DNA from: Candidatus Krumholzibacteriia bacterium
Lineage (GTDB): Bacteria; Krumholzibacteriota; Krumholzibacteriia; LZORAL124-64-63
Assembly: GCA_036351155.1 (NCBI GenBank)
Contig: JAZBOO010000292.1
Coordinates: 1 to 32,843, forward strand
DNA: 32,843 nucleotides
Direction: 5' to 3'
Shown: positions 16,526 to 25,989 of the stretch, one piece after another
Position numbering within the stretch: the first letter of the stretch is position 1
How the letters are laid out: every line of letters starts with the position of its first letter
The notes under the pieces: model-generated
What the model was told of the DNA's origin: nothing
Databases searched by the model: none
What the model saw: the letters and a program-made list of their open reading frames with translations, nothing else
Position numbers and translations under genes: made by a program

Positions 16526-17875
16526 ATGTCAGCCACCACCACATCACCTGCCCCTCTTCCCCTGAGCCGCCTGGGCCGTTTCTGGCTGCCCCTGCAGGCC
16601 ACCTGGCTGATGATGGCCGTCGAGGGGCCATTCCTGGCCGCCATCATTGCCCGCCTGCCCGATCCCAAGTTCAACCTGGCGGCCTACGGGGTGGCCTTCA
16701 GCCTGGCCATCATGGTCGAGGCTCCGGTCATCATGATGATGAGCGCCTCGACCGCCCTGGTGGACTCGGCCGGCAACTACCGCCGCCTGCGCAACTTCAC
16801 CTGGATGCTGAACCTGGGCATCACCCTGGTCATGCTGCTGCTCATATTCACTCCGGCCTGGGACCTGGTGATCTTCAAGCTGATCAAGCTGGACCCCGAG
16901 GTGGCCCGGCTGACCCACACCTCCTTGACCATCCTTTTGCCCTGGCCGGCGGCCATCGGGTACCGCCGCTTCTACCAGGGTTTGCTGATCCGCACGGGAC
17001 TGACCCGCCGCGTGGCCTGGGGCACCGTGGTCCGCCTGGGAGCCATGGGTCTGTCCTCTGCTCTGGTCTGGCGCCTGACCGACCTGCCCGGAGCCTGGGT
17101 AGGCGCCTGGGCCTTGACGGCAGGTGTGGTGGCCGAAGCGGTGGCCAGCCGCCTCATGTCCCGTCCCTCGGTGAGGGAACTGCTGGCCGAGCCGGGTGAG
17201 GGACTGCTGGGGTACCGCGAAATCTTCACCTTCTACTACCCCCTGGCCTTGACCTCCACCATCAGCCTGGTGGTCCACCCCATGGTCACGTTTTTCCTGG
17301 GCCAGAGCCGTCACGCACTCGAATCGCTGGCCGTCATGCCGGTGATCAACTCGCTGGTGTTCGTGTTCCGCACGCCGGGCCTCAGCTTTCAGGAGGCGGC
17401 CATCACCATGATGGGCCGCAGCTGGAGCTACCTGCCCCAGGTCCGGCGATTTGCCGCCGTGCTGGGGGGCAGCGCGGCCCTGGGACTGGCTGTGCTGGCC
17501 TGGACCCCTCTTTCCAGCCTCTGGCTCCAGGGAGTCAGTGGGTTGACCCCCGAGTTGACGCGGTTTGCCCTGCCCCCCATTCGCATCCTGACCCTGATGC
17601 CCGCCCTGAGCGTGCTGCTTTCCCTGCAACGTTCCATGCAAGTGGCGCGCCGGCAAACAGGCCCGGTCACCTGGGCTTCGGCTCTGGAAGTGGCGGGAAT
17701 CTTGTCGGTGCTGGTGTTGACCCTGATCTGGCAAGACTGGATCGGGGCCACGGCCGCGGCCACCGCCTTCATGATCGGCCGGATGGCCGGCAACGCCTAC
17801 CTGGTTCCGGGCTTGCTGGATTCCACACCGCCGCGCCCACGTCGCAGGCGCACCGATCTTCAATCGGAATCCTGA
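16526..17875 (+). CDS. MATE/MOP-superfamily (ANKH-like) multipass membrane transporter
   Basis: About 12 hydrophobic segments in two repeats (FWLPL / FYYPL), LAAYGVAFS, RRFYQGLLI. Confidence 0.7.
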   Translation: MSATTTSPAPLPLSRLGRFWLPLQATWLMMAVEGPFLAAIIARLPDPKFNLAAYGVAFSLAIMVEAPVIMMMSASTALVDSAGNYRRLRNFTWMLNLGITLVMLLLIFTPAWDLVIFKLIKLDPEVARLTHTSLTILLPWPAAIGYRRFYQGLLIRTGLTRRVAWGTVVRLGAMGLSSALVWRLTDLPGAWVGAWALTAGVVAEAVASRLMSRPSVRELLAEPGEGLLGYREIFTFYYPLALTSTISLVVHPMVTFFLGQSRHALESLAVMPVINSLVFVFRTPGLSFQEAAITMMGRSWSYLPQVRRFAAVLGGSAALGLAVLAWTPLSSLWLQGVSGLTPELTRFALPPIRILTLMPALSVLLSLQRSMQVARRQTGPVTWASALEVAGILSVLVLTLIWQDWIGATAAATAFMIGRMAGNAYLVPGLLDSTPPRPRRRRTDLQSES

Positions 17876-18291
17876 ACCTTGCCCCGCTTCTGCTTGACCT
17901 GACTGCGCTGCTTTTTTTCCTGGAGCCGCTTTTCCTTGGCCGCTCGACTGGGCCTGGTCTTCTTGCGGGGCTTGGGAGGAATCAGGGCCTCGCGCAGCAG
18001 GGCCGCCAGCCGCTGGAGCGCGTCATCCCGGTTTCGTTTCTGACTGCGGTGGGAATCGCTGGCGATCAAGAGGTCCCCTGCCTCGGTGACGCGAGGGGAC
18101 AGATTCTTCATCAACAGCCGCCGCTGGTAGTCGGAAAGAACAGGGGACTCCCGCACGTTCCACCGCACCTGGATGCGTGTGTCCGTCTTGTTGACGTGCT
18201 GGCCGCCCGGACCCGAACTGCGGCTGGCGGTGATTTCCAGTTCACCGTCGGGAATGGTCAGGTTATCGTTGATCACCAGATCGTCGGCCAT
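17860..18291 (-). CDS. arfB: Alternative ribosome-rescue peptidyl-tRNA hydrolase ArfB
   Basis: SRSSGPGGQHVNKT, RSQKRNR and basic C-terminal tail PRKKTRPS...KRL..KK. Confidence 0.93.
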   Translation of the reverse strand: MADDLVINDNLTIPDGELEITASRSSGPGGQHVNKTDTRIQVRWNVRESPVLSDYQRRLLMKNLSPRVTEAGDLLIASDSHRSQKRNRDDALQRLAALLREALIPPKPRKKTRPSRAAKEKRLQEKKQRSQVKQKRGKVQDSD

Positions 18292-18375
18292 CTCTCGTCC
18301 TTTGGCTGCGGCCAGAATTCCGGAACATTCTTATCATAACCGCGCCACCAAAGGAAACAACCAGGAGGATCATCC

Positions 18376-18726
18376 TTGCTGATTCGCAAACTCGACGAAG
18401 TGACCAAGACCAGGGTCGACATGGAAGGCGTCAAGGGCATCACCAAGCAGCTGGTGCTGGGCAGTGCCGACGGCGTGCCAAATTTCTCGTTCCGGGTGTT
18501 CACCCTGGAGCCCGGCGGGCACTCGCCCCACCACACCCACGAGGTGGAGCATCTCAACTTCGTGCTGTCCGGTCAGGGCTGCCTGATGGACGAGGAAGGA
18601 AAGGCGAACCCCCTGGGGGCCGGCGATTTCGCCTTCGTGGCCCCCCATGACGTGCACCAGTTCCGGAACACCTCGGACACCGAGGATTTCGTGTTCATCT
18701 GCGCGGTGCCCAGGTCCTACGAATAG
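18376..18726 (+). CDS. Cupin-2 domain protein
   Basis: FTLEPGGHSPHHTHEVEH, G.GD..FVAP...HQFRN; TTG start with AGGAGG RBS. Confidence 0.88.
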   Translation: MLIRKLDEVTKTRVDMEGVKGITKQLVLGSADGVPNFSFRVFTLEPGGHSPHHTHEVEHLNFVLSGQGCLMDEEGKANPLGAGDFAFVAPHDVHQFRNTSDTEDFVFICAVPRSYE

Positions 18727-18745
18727 GTAAAGCCTTAGGATAGGG

Positions 18746-19678
18746 TCAGCGCACCACGTCGATCTCGCCCATGCTCTGGGTCAACGACAGGCTCAGGGTG
18801 GGCAGGCCCAGCTCCTGGTCGGTGCGGGTCAGATCCGAGCCGTCGGTGGCCACGCCCAGGATATTGATGCCATCGGGCAAGACCACGGCCATGCCTCCCA
18901 TCCGGATGGACATCTGAGCCGTGCAGTCGTTCAGCCATTGACCGCTCAGGTCGACCTGGGCGCCACCCATGCGGCTTTCCACCACCAACCGGTGCGGGCT
19001 GGCATTGCCCAGGCCCTGGGCATCGAAGCCCCCCATGCGGCTGCGGATGACAAAACTGTCGACGGGTTCGTGCAGGGGTTCGCTGATTTCCAGGGCGAAC
19101 CCTCCCTTGGCAAAGCTGATATCTGCCGAGGTCAACCACAGACCACCCAGATCGGCTTCGAAGCCCCCCTCTTCCGAGTCGATAACCAGCTCGATGGGCA
19201 CGTCGGGCGGCAGATAGACGTGGATGCTGTTGTTGTGGCCCCCTCCGAAAACCTGGCGCAGCAGGGCCTGCATGCCGCCGATGGTGCGGTAGAAGCGGAC
19301 CTGGTAGACCCAGGTGGAGTCGGGCAGGGTTTCGAACTTGTCTTCCAGGTTGTAGATGTCGTCGTCGAAATTGGCCTTGATGGTCAGTTCCTGGCCGGGG
19401 GCTCCCCGATGCAGCTCGAACTCGCCCTGGTTCAGATTCAGCACCAGGCGACCACCCTTGGGGCTGGCCAGGGCCTCCCTGGCTTCACCCGAAACCACAT
19501 CCGGGGCATCGAGCTGGGCCACTTCGGTGGGCGCGGACAGTTCGCGATCAACCACTTCCTTGTCCCGGGCCCCGTTCCAGGCCACTCCTGCCAGGATCAC
19601 CAGGAAAAGCAACCCCACACCCAGCACGCCCAGGCAGCCCAGACAGCCTGTCTTGAAACATCCACGTTTTTCCGCCAT
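18746..19678 (-). CDS. Membrane-anchored protein with toast-rack/LiaF-LiaG-like beta-solenoid repeats
   Basis: N-terminal Cys/Gly-rich TM anchor (GCFKTGCLGCLG); repeated GGF/MGG beta motifs; C-terminal MGEIDV. Confidence 0.55.
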   Translation of the reverse strand: MAEKRGCFKTGCLGCLGVLGVGLLFLVILAGVAWNGARDKEVVDRELSAPTEVAQLDAPDVVSGEAREALASPKGGRLVLNLNQGEFELHRGAPGQELTIKANFDDDIYNLEDKFETLPDSTWVYQVRFYRTIGGMQALLRQVFGGGHNNSIHVYLPPDVPIELVIDSEEGGFEADLGGLWLTSADISFAKGGFALEISEPLHEPVDSFVIRSRMGGFDAQGLGNASPHRLVVESRMGGAQVDLSGQWLNDCTAQMSIRMGGMAVVLPDGINILGVATDGSDLTRTDQELGLPTLSLSLTQSMGEIDVVR

Positions 19679-19765
19679 GAGCGGCCCCCTTGTTCTCAGC
19701 GACCGGTGGAAGCCATGCCCACCGGTATTGCATTCATTTTGTCCGGTCGATAGTAGTGGATCCAT

Positions 19766-19791
19766 AACGTAGGGCAAACCGTTGTGTTGCA
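19766..19791 (-). promoter_or_regulatory. Candidate ECF-sigma promoter for the LiaF/G-like gene
   Basis: TGCAAC-N16-CGTT about 90 nt upstream of ATG 19678. Confidence 0.45.
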
Positions 19792-19912
19792 ACTTTTATC
19801 GAGGGCTGAGACTGGACACATGACAATGTCCCATCAATCAACTATATGTATGCGATAGAAAATCTGGGCCCTTTCTGGCCCTCCTTCACCGTTTTCCCGG
19901 AGTAAACACCAC

Positions 19913-22597
19913 GTGATCGGCCAAACCCTCGCACATTATCGGATTGTCAGGCTCCTGGGTGAAGGAGGCATGGGACTGGTTTACGAAGCCGAGGACACCC
20001 GGCTAAAACGGCGCGTGGCCCTGAAGGTGCTCTCGGATCGCGTGGCTGGCAACCCCGGCCTCAAGGAACGCTTCCAGCGCGAAGCCGAATCCCTGGCCAC
20101 CCTGAACCACCCCAACATCGTCACGGTTTACTCCGTGGAGCTGAACGGGGAGGTGCCTTTCCTGACCATGGAGCTGGTCGAGGGCCGGCCGCTCAACGAA
20201 TTGATCCCCGCCAAGGGGATGGACCTGGATTCTTTCCTGAACCTGGCCCTGCCTCTGGCCGAGGCGCTCAGCACCGCTCACGAGATGAAGATCGTCCACC
20301 GGGATCTGAAGCCCGCCAATATCCTGGTGGACCAGCAGGGTCGACCCAAGATTCTGGACTTCGGGCTGGCCAAGCTCACCGAAGAAACCGACACCACCCT
20401 GCAGACCGTGGCCATGAGCAATCCCCTCACCGAAGAGGGCAGCATCGTGGGCACAGCCCCTTACATGTCGCCGGAACAGCTGGAGAGCAAGCCGGTCGAT
20501 GCCCGCAGTGACATTTTCAGCCTGGGCATCATCATGTACGAGATGCTCACGGGAGAACGCCCCTTCCAGGGTGATTCCTCCATGGCCGTCATGTCCGCCG
20601 TGCTCAAGGACACCCCCCTGCGGGTCACCGACCTGAAATCCGAGCTGCCCCCCCATCTGGATCTCATCGTCAGCGGGTGCCTGGAAAAAAAGGTGGATGA
20701 CCGACCCCAGTCGGCCAAGGGCGTGCGCAACAACCTGCGCGCACTGCAGCGCGACCTGAGCTCTGACTCCGTGCTGGAAAGTGCCTACCGGGCGAAACCG
20801 CCGGCCCGCGGCAAGCCCGCCTGGATGATGCCCGTTCTGGTGGCGGCCGCCCTTGCGATCGTCGGTGGAGGAGCCTGGTGGCTGATGAGCCGAGGCGAGA
20901 CGGCGGCCCCCGCCCAGGAGCAAGCCCAGGTGGCGGCGCCCCAGGACCCGCGCAAGATGATCGCCGTGCTGCCCTTTGAAAACCTGGGCGACTCCCAGGA
21001 CGAATACTTTGCCGATGGCCTGACCGAGGAGATCACCAGCCGGCTGGCAGGCATCAACGGCCTGGGTGTGATTTCCCGCACCAGCGCCATGCAATACAAG
21101 GGGAAGGCAGTATCACTCCAGGAGGTGGGCCACGAGCTGGGCGTCGAGTACGTCCTGGAGGGTACGGTGCGATGGCAGAAGAACGGAGATGCCCCCAGCC
21201 GCATCCGCGTCACCCCTCAGCTGATCCGGGTGGCCGACGACACCCACCTCTGGTCCTCACGCTACGATGGCCTGCTCGAGGAGATTTTCAGCGTCCAGTC
21301 GGATATTGCCGAGAAGGTGGCCGGCGAGCTGAACATCACTCTGCTGGCGCCCGAGAAGGAAGCGCTGGCCTTGCGGCCCACCGAGAACATGGAAGCCTAC
21401 CAGACCTTCCTGCTGGGCAAGGAGATCTGGAATCAGCCCGGCTACAATTCCAGCAATTTTCGTCGGGCCATTTCATTGTTCCAGCAAGCTCTGGATCTGG
21501 ACCCGGATTTCCTGGAGGCCTGGACGGAACTGAGCAGCGCCTACCTCATGCTCTACGTGGGGGGAGACGGCAACCGCGAAACCCTGGAACTGGGAGCTCA
21601 GGCCCTGGCCCGCGCCGAGGCTCTGGCTCCCGACAGCCCGCTGGTGATCGTGGCCCGAGGCTACTTCCACTACCTGGGACACTTCGATTACGAGCGGGCT
21701 CTGGCCGAATTCCGGCGGGCGGAAAAGCTGGTCCCCAACGACCCCATGGTGCCCGAGGGAATGGCCTACATCCTGCGCCGCATGGGTAAACTGGAAGAGG
21801 CCCTGGAACAGTTGCGTCGGGCGCTGTTGCTGGACCCCAACAACGCACACCTGCACCTCCATCTGGCCCACACTCTGAACGCCCGCGACCAGTACGCCCT
21901 GGCCGAGGCGTCCTACGATCGTTCCATTGCACTTTTTCCTGACGGGACTGAGGCCTACCTGAGCAAGGCCAAAAATGCCTTTGACTGGCGGGGCTCCCCC
22001 GAAGAAGCCCTGAGCATCCTGGGCCAGGTCGACCACCTGGCCAGCCCTCAGGTGGCAGAAAGCAAAGTCCGGTTCCTGATGTACCTGCGGCAATACGATG
22101 ACGCCGCTGAATTGCTGGCCTCTTATTCGCCGGCGAACAACCAGAACCGCCTGGCCCTGATGAGAAGCTATCAGGCCCAGATGGATCTGGCCCTGGCTCG
22201 CGATGATCGACAGGCCGCGCTGGCCGCCGCCCAGGCAGGGCGAGCGCTGACTCTTTCCATCATTACCGATCAGCCCCGGCAGGCGGTGCCCTTTACTACC
22301 GTGGCCACTTTCGAGGCCGTGCTGGGTGAACGCCAGGCTGCCCTGGACCACCTGCAAACCGCCATGGAGCTGGGCCAGACTGATCATTTTTACTTCTGCG
22401 GCGCCATCGCCTGGGCGCCTGCTGTGTATCTCCTGCTGGGAGAAAAGGACGAGGCGCTCGATCTACTGGCCGCAACCCAGGACAATGGCTGTTTCTGGGA
22501 TATTCACCGGAACGACCTGAAACTGGATCCCCGGTGGGACGGCCTGCGGGACGACCCGCGCTTCCAGGCCTTGATAAAGAGCAAGAATCCAGGCTAA
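19913..22597 (+). CDS. Hanks-type Ser/Thr protein kinase with TM helix, TolB-like domain and TPR repeats
   Basis: LGEGGMG, VALK, HRDLKPAN, DFGLAK, GTAPYMSPEQ; TM; IAVLPFENL...YFADGLTEEI; TPRs; DPRWD.LRDDPRF tail. Confidence 0.93.
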   Translation: MIGQTLAHYRIVRLLGEGGMGLVYEAEDTRLKRRVALKVLSDRVAGNPGLKERFQREAESLATLNHPNIVTVYSVELNGEVPFLTMELVEGRPLNELIPAKGMDLDSFLNLALPLAEALSTAHEMKIVHRDLKPANILVDQQGRPKILDFGLAKLTEETDTTLQTVAMSNPLTEEGSIVGTAPYMSPEQLESKPVDARSDIFSLGIIMYEMLTGERPFQGDSSMAVMSAVLKDTPLRVTDLKSELPPHLDLIVSGCLEKKVDDRPQSAKGVRNNLRALQRDLSSDSVLESAYRAKPPARGKPAWMMPVLVAAALAIVGGGAWWLMSRGETAAPAQEQAQVAAPQDPRKMIAVLPFENLGDSQDEYFADGLTEEITSRLAGINGLGVISRTSAMQYKGKAVSLQEVGHELGVEYVLEGTVRWQKNGDAPSRIRVTPQLIRVADDTHLWSSRYDGLLEEIFSVQSDIAEKVAGELNITLLAPEKEALALRPTENMEAYQTFLLGKEIWNQPGYNSSNFRRAISLFQQALDLDPDFLEAWTELSSAYLMLYVGGDGNRETLELGAQALARAEALAPDSPLVIVARGYFHYLGHFDYERALAEFRRAEKLVPNDPMVPEGMAYILRRMGKLEEALEQLRRALLLDPNNAHLHLHLAHTLNARDQYALAEASYDRSIALFPDGTEAYLSKAKNAFDWRGSPEEALSILGQVDHLASPQVAESKVRFLMYLRQYDDAAELLASYSPANNQNRLALMRSYQAQMDLALARDDRQAALAAAQAGRALTLSIITDQPRQAVPFTTVATFEAVLGERQAALDHLQTAMELGQTDHFYFCGAIAWAPAVYLLLGEKDEALDLLAATQDNGCFWDIHRNDLKLDPRWDGLRDDPRFQALIKSKNPG

Positions 22598-22684
22598 CCG
22601 GCGCCTCCCCCTGCAACTTTTCGCCCACTGCTATCCGTGTTCTCCTTGTTCGCTCTCGAGCCACGCCAAACAAGGATGCACGCC

Positions 22685-24133
22685 ATGCCCCGAATCCTCC
22701 CCCTGCTGCTGCTCTGCCCCCTGGCCCTGATGGGAATCCCCACCGCCAGCGCCGCCACACCGGACGAGCTGGCCAGGAACGCCAGCACCCTCATTCGCCA
22801 GGCGGAAAACGCCTTCTTCAAGGGGGACCTTGAGGAGACCGGTTCCTTGCTCCAGGAGGGAGGCGCCCTGGTCGAGGAACTCATGGCCGTGGCTCCGGAC
22901 CACAAGCAGAGCAAAAACTTGAAGAAAAAACTCGACCGCTTGCAAGATCGCCTCGACAAGAAGTTGCAGGTGGCTCCCCCCCCAAAATCCGTGTCGGCCG
23001 GTGGTGGTCTTTCCTCTGGCGCCCGCAGTACCCTGGACAAGGCCGAGCGAGCCATGGCCCACGCCGAGGAGCGTCTGGAGAAAGCCCGAGAATTCCTGGA
23101 GGCCGGCAACAGCGAGCGTTGTCATGGGCAGATATCCACCGCCAGAAACGACCTGGACGAGGCCGATGCCATGCTGGATCGGGCCGGACGGTCGTACAAG
23201 CTCACGGCTGATCATCCGGTGGCCGGAAGTACTTTTGCGCGCCGCCAGGACCTGGACCAGCTGATGGCCAACCTGTCCGCTGACCTGGAACGGCAACAAT
23301 CAGCCGCCAGCCAGGCCGCCCGGAACGCGGCGGCCACCACGGCCGCTCTGGACAATCAGTGGCTGGCCCGCGTGGAATCTTTCACCGCCTTCGACAGTCC
23401 TGCGCGTCTGCAGGGTCCCAGCATCAACGATGCGACGGCCCTGGCGAAGGAGGATGCCATCGCCGCTGAAGCTGCTGCCTTACTTGCAGATTATGAGGCC
23501 ACCGAATCGGGTTCCGCCGCCAGCGATCAGTTGCGCGCGGCGGTGGAAAAGTTACGCTTCAACCTGGAAGTGTTTCACAGCAATCGCGGCAGTGATCTGC
23601 GCAACAAGCGCGAGCCCATTGCACGGGAACTGGAGGAATGGGGAAAGCGGCTGGCGGGCAATGCGGACTGGCGAGAAGACTCCGGCACCTCTCTTTTCAT
23701 CGTGCGGGGCCCGAAGATCAGCCACGTCGAGTCGCTCATCGCCGACCTGGCCACGGTGGCGCCGGACGAGGCCCGGGAATTCACCACGCGCCTGGAGTCC
23801 ATCAAGAAAGACAACGCACGATGGACAGCCCAGCGCCAGAGCTGGGACAGCCGGCCCCGGCCCTTCCCTGCGGCCAGAATGATGGCGGATTCTTTGGCCA
23901 AGGAAATGACCGCGCTGCTGAAAGAGCGGGGCTGGAAAGTGGACGAACTTGTGATCACCGACCAGGACTGGTGGGTGCAGCAAGGGGAGTTCCGCTACCT
24001 GGCAACGGCGGCGCTGTCGCGCGATGAGAAGGGCCCGTTCTGGTCAACGGTGAGCTTCCGACAGGATCTCACCCTCACCGGATACGGGCCCACCCGGATC
24101 TGGGAAATCGGCGACAAGGTCCGTTTACCCTAG
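22685..24133 (+). CDS. Secreted hypothetical protein, largely alpha-helical with a small C-terminal beta domain
   Basis: Signal peptide MPRILPLLLLCPLALMGIPTASA; long ORF; start 22685 or 22676. Confidence 0.7.
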   Translation: MPRILPLLLLCPLALMGIPTASAATPDELARNASTLIRQAENAFFKGDLEETGSLLQEGGALVEELMAVAPDHKQSKNLKKKLDRLQDRLDKKLQVAPPPKSVSAGGGLSSGARSTLDKAERAMAHAEERLEKAREFLEAGNSERCHGQISTARNDLDEADAMLDRAGRSYKLTADHPVAGSTFARRQDLDQLMANLSADLERQQSAASQAARNAAATTAALDNQWLARVESFTAFDSPARLQGPSINDATALAKEDAIAAEAAALLADYEATESGSAASDQLRAAVEKLRFNLEVFHSNRGSDLRNKREPIARELEEWGKRLAGNADWREDSGTSLFIVRGPKISHVESLIADLATVAPDEAREFTTRLESIKKDNARWTAQRQSWDSRPRPFPAARMMADSLAKEMTALLKERGWKVDELVITDQDWWVQQGEFRYLATAALSRDEKGPFWSTVSFRQDLTLTGYGPTRIWEIGDKVRLP

Positions 24134-24134
24134 G

Positions 24135-25100
24135 TCAAGGGACCAGGGTGCACCGGAATTCGAAGATGCCGCCATCCTCGGCTTCCCCCAGGTTGTCGTC
24201 GAAAGGCGCCAGGACGTGCCGCTCGTGGCAGGCCACCGGCCCCACACCCGGCACGAACACAGTCACGCCGATCATGTAGGATTGATAGACTCCCAGAAGA
24301 TCTCCACCTTCGGTGGTCTGGGCCTGCAGCCTCAGGTCGACGAGGTAGAAACATTCGACGGCGTTGTTCCAGGTCCGGTCGCCTTCGGTCCAGTCGCCCA
24401 CCGACCGGACCTGGCCGTACAGCCAGATATCGGAAGCCACGCCCGGCACCAGCTGCAGGGACCAGGAAGATCCCGGTTCCAGGTCACCTTGCAGGTAGGT
24501 CCAGGCTGGGCCGGTGGTGACATCGCCATACCCGTAAATGCCGGATTCTTCGGCGGAAAAAACGTAGGCACTCAGGAAAAAGATGGTGCCGGATTCATCC
24601 AGGAATTCCTTCTCGGGACCGACGTGGGCGATGATATTATCCCGAAGGTCAGGACGGGTTTGGTAGAGAAAACTCAGCAGAGGATCGGCAGCCTCAGCAC
24701 CCTTGTCCGCACCGTTCAGACCATCCAGAGGCGCGTAGTAGGTTTCCACCAGATCCTGCCCCGTGATTCCCGTATCGGTGGTGATTTCACCATCGAACTG
24801 CAGCCGGTACAGCCCTTCCTCATGGTTCAATAGATCCTCGGTCACCGGAGCAGCAAGGAGAGCATATAGCTCGTCCATGGAGGGCAAAGGTACCGTGTCC
24901 TCCAGAGCGGGGTAGGGCTCGTAAGAGGCCACGGTCAGATCGTAAAGCCAGCTGGTCCCATCGGCATGAGGCCAGATGTTGGCCAGGGTGGGCGTGGGCG
25001 TCCCCTCCGGTTCGGGACAAGTCGGATCGTCATCATCGCACCCGACCATCAGAAGAGCCGCCGCCAGAATGAAAAGGATGAGACCTTTTGGAAATTGCAT
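24135..25100 (-). CDS. Hypothetical lipoprotein
   Basis: Lipobox LMVG-C after a hydrophobic stretch; acidic mature part; PGVGPV motif near C-terminus. Confidence 0.75.
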   Translation of the reverse strand: MQFPKGLILFILAAALLMVGCDDDDPTCPEPEGTPTPTLANIWPHADGTSWLYDLTVASYEPYPALEDTVPLPSMDELYALLAAPVTEDLLNHEEGLYRLQFDGEITTDTGITGQDLVETYYAPLDGLNGADKGAEAADPLLSFLYQTRPDLRDNIIAHVGPEKEFLDESGTIFFLSAYVFSAEESGIYGYGDVTTGPAWTYLQGDLEPGSSWSLQLVPGVASDIWLYGQVRSVGDWTEGDRTWNNAVECFYLVDLRLQAQTTEGGDLLGVYQSYMIGVTVFVPGVGPVACHERHVLAPFDDNLGEAEDGGIFEFRCTLVP

Positions 25101-25334
25101 GGAATGATTCCCCCCATGATGCGCATCAATCACAATCCTTGATTAAATTTCCCAGACCGAGAACCCTAGCAAACTCGAATTACCATTTCAACCCCCTGTT
25201 CCATTCCAGGTAGGTGCCCTGGACCACCGCGAGCAAAGGAAACACTTGGAACTTATTTCGCGATACCGTATTTTCAAAATACCCCTGAACGCCCCCTGAA
25301 TTTCTCGTTCGTGCACCAATTTGGAGGTAGCTGC

Positions 25335-25922
25335 ATGAAGTCCTTTTCAATGGTTTTCTGTTTTTGTCTCGCCCTGATCGCCATGTCCGCTTCGGCACAG
25401 GTGGACCCCGGCCCCAACGGGCTGGGCCTCTACGCCGACATGGACGGGATGGTCAACCGCCTGGACACCGAACCCGGAATGGTGGAGCTGTATCTGCTGG
25501 CCACCAATGTCACCGAGCCCAATGTTTCGGGCTGGGAATTCGCTCTGAACTATTCGCCATCCAGCCTCTATTTCGCGGGATACACCATTCCCTACAGCAA
25601 CGTCAATGTCGGCACCTTCCCCTCCTTCACGGTGGGCTTGGCGGAGCCCATTCCTCAGGCTCCGGTCATGCACCTGATGACCCTCAACGTGGGCGTCTCC
25701 AACATGGAGCCCGCGGCCATTTATCTGATGGCCCCGGCTCTTCCGGTGGGCGGATCCCTGGGCAATGACCTCCCGGCCTTCATCACAGCCCCGGATTTCT
25801 ACATCACGGCATTTCAACCCTCCTCGGGGAGTGTGAATGCTCCGGTGTTCAGGATCAACGGGGATGCACCTGTGGCCACGGAACCGGCCACCTGGGGAGG
25901 GGTCAGAGCTCTCTACAGGTAA
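25335..25922 (+). CDS. Secreted beta-rich protein with C-terminal TWGGVRALYR motif
   Basis: GGAGG RBS, signal peptide ending ASA, C-terminal VATEPATWGGVRALYR. Confidence 0.75.
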   Translation: MKSFSMVFCFCLALIAMSASAQVDPGPNGLGLYADMDGMVNRLDTEPGMVELYLLATNVTEPNVSGWEFALNYSPSSLYFAGYTIPYSNVNVGTFPSFTVGLAEPIPQAPVMHLMTLNVGVSNMEPAAIYLMAPALPVGGSLGNDLPAFITAPDFYITAFQPSSGSVNAPVFRINGDAPVATEPATWGGVRALYR

Positions 25923-25945
25923 TATTGTCTGTCCGGTTTGATCCA

Positions 25946-25975
25946 AGGCCCGGCCGCCGTCTGGCAGCCGGGCCT
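25946..25975. terminator. GC-rich hairpin between convergent genes
   Basis: AGGCCCGGC...GCCGGGCCT inverted repeat. Confidence 0.6.
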
Positions 25976-25989
25976 CTTCCCAGAAAAGA

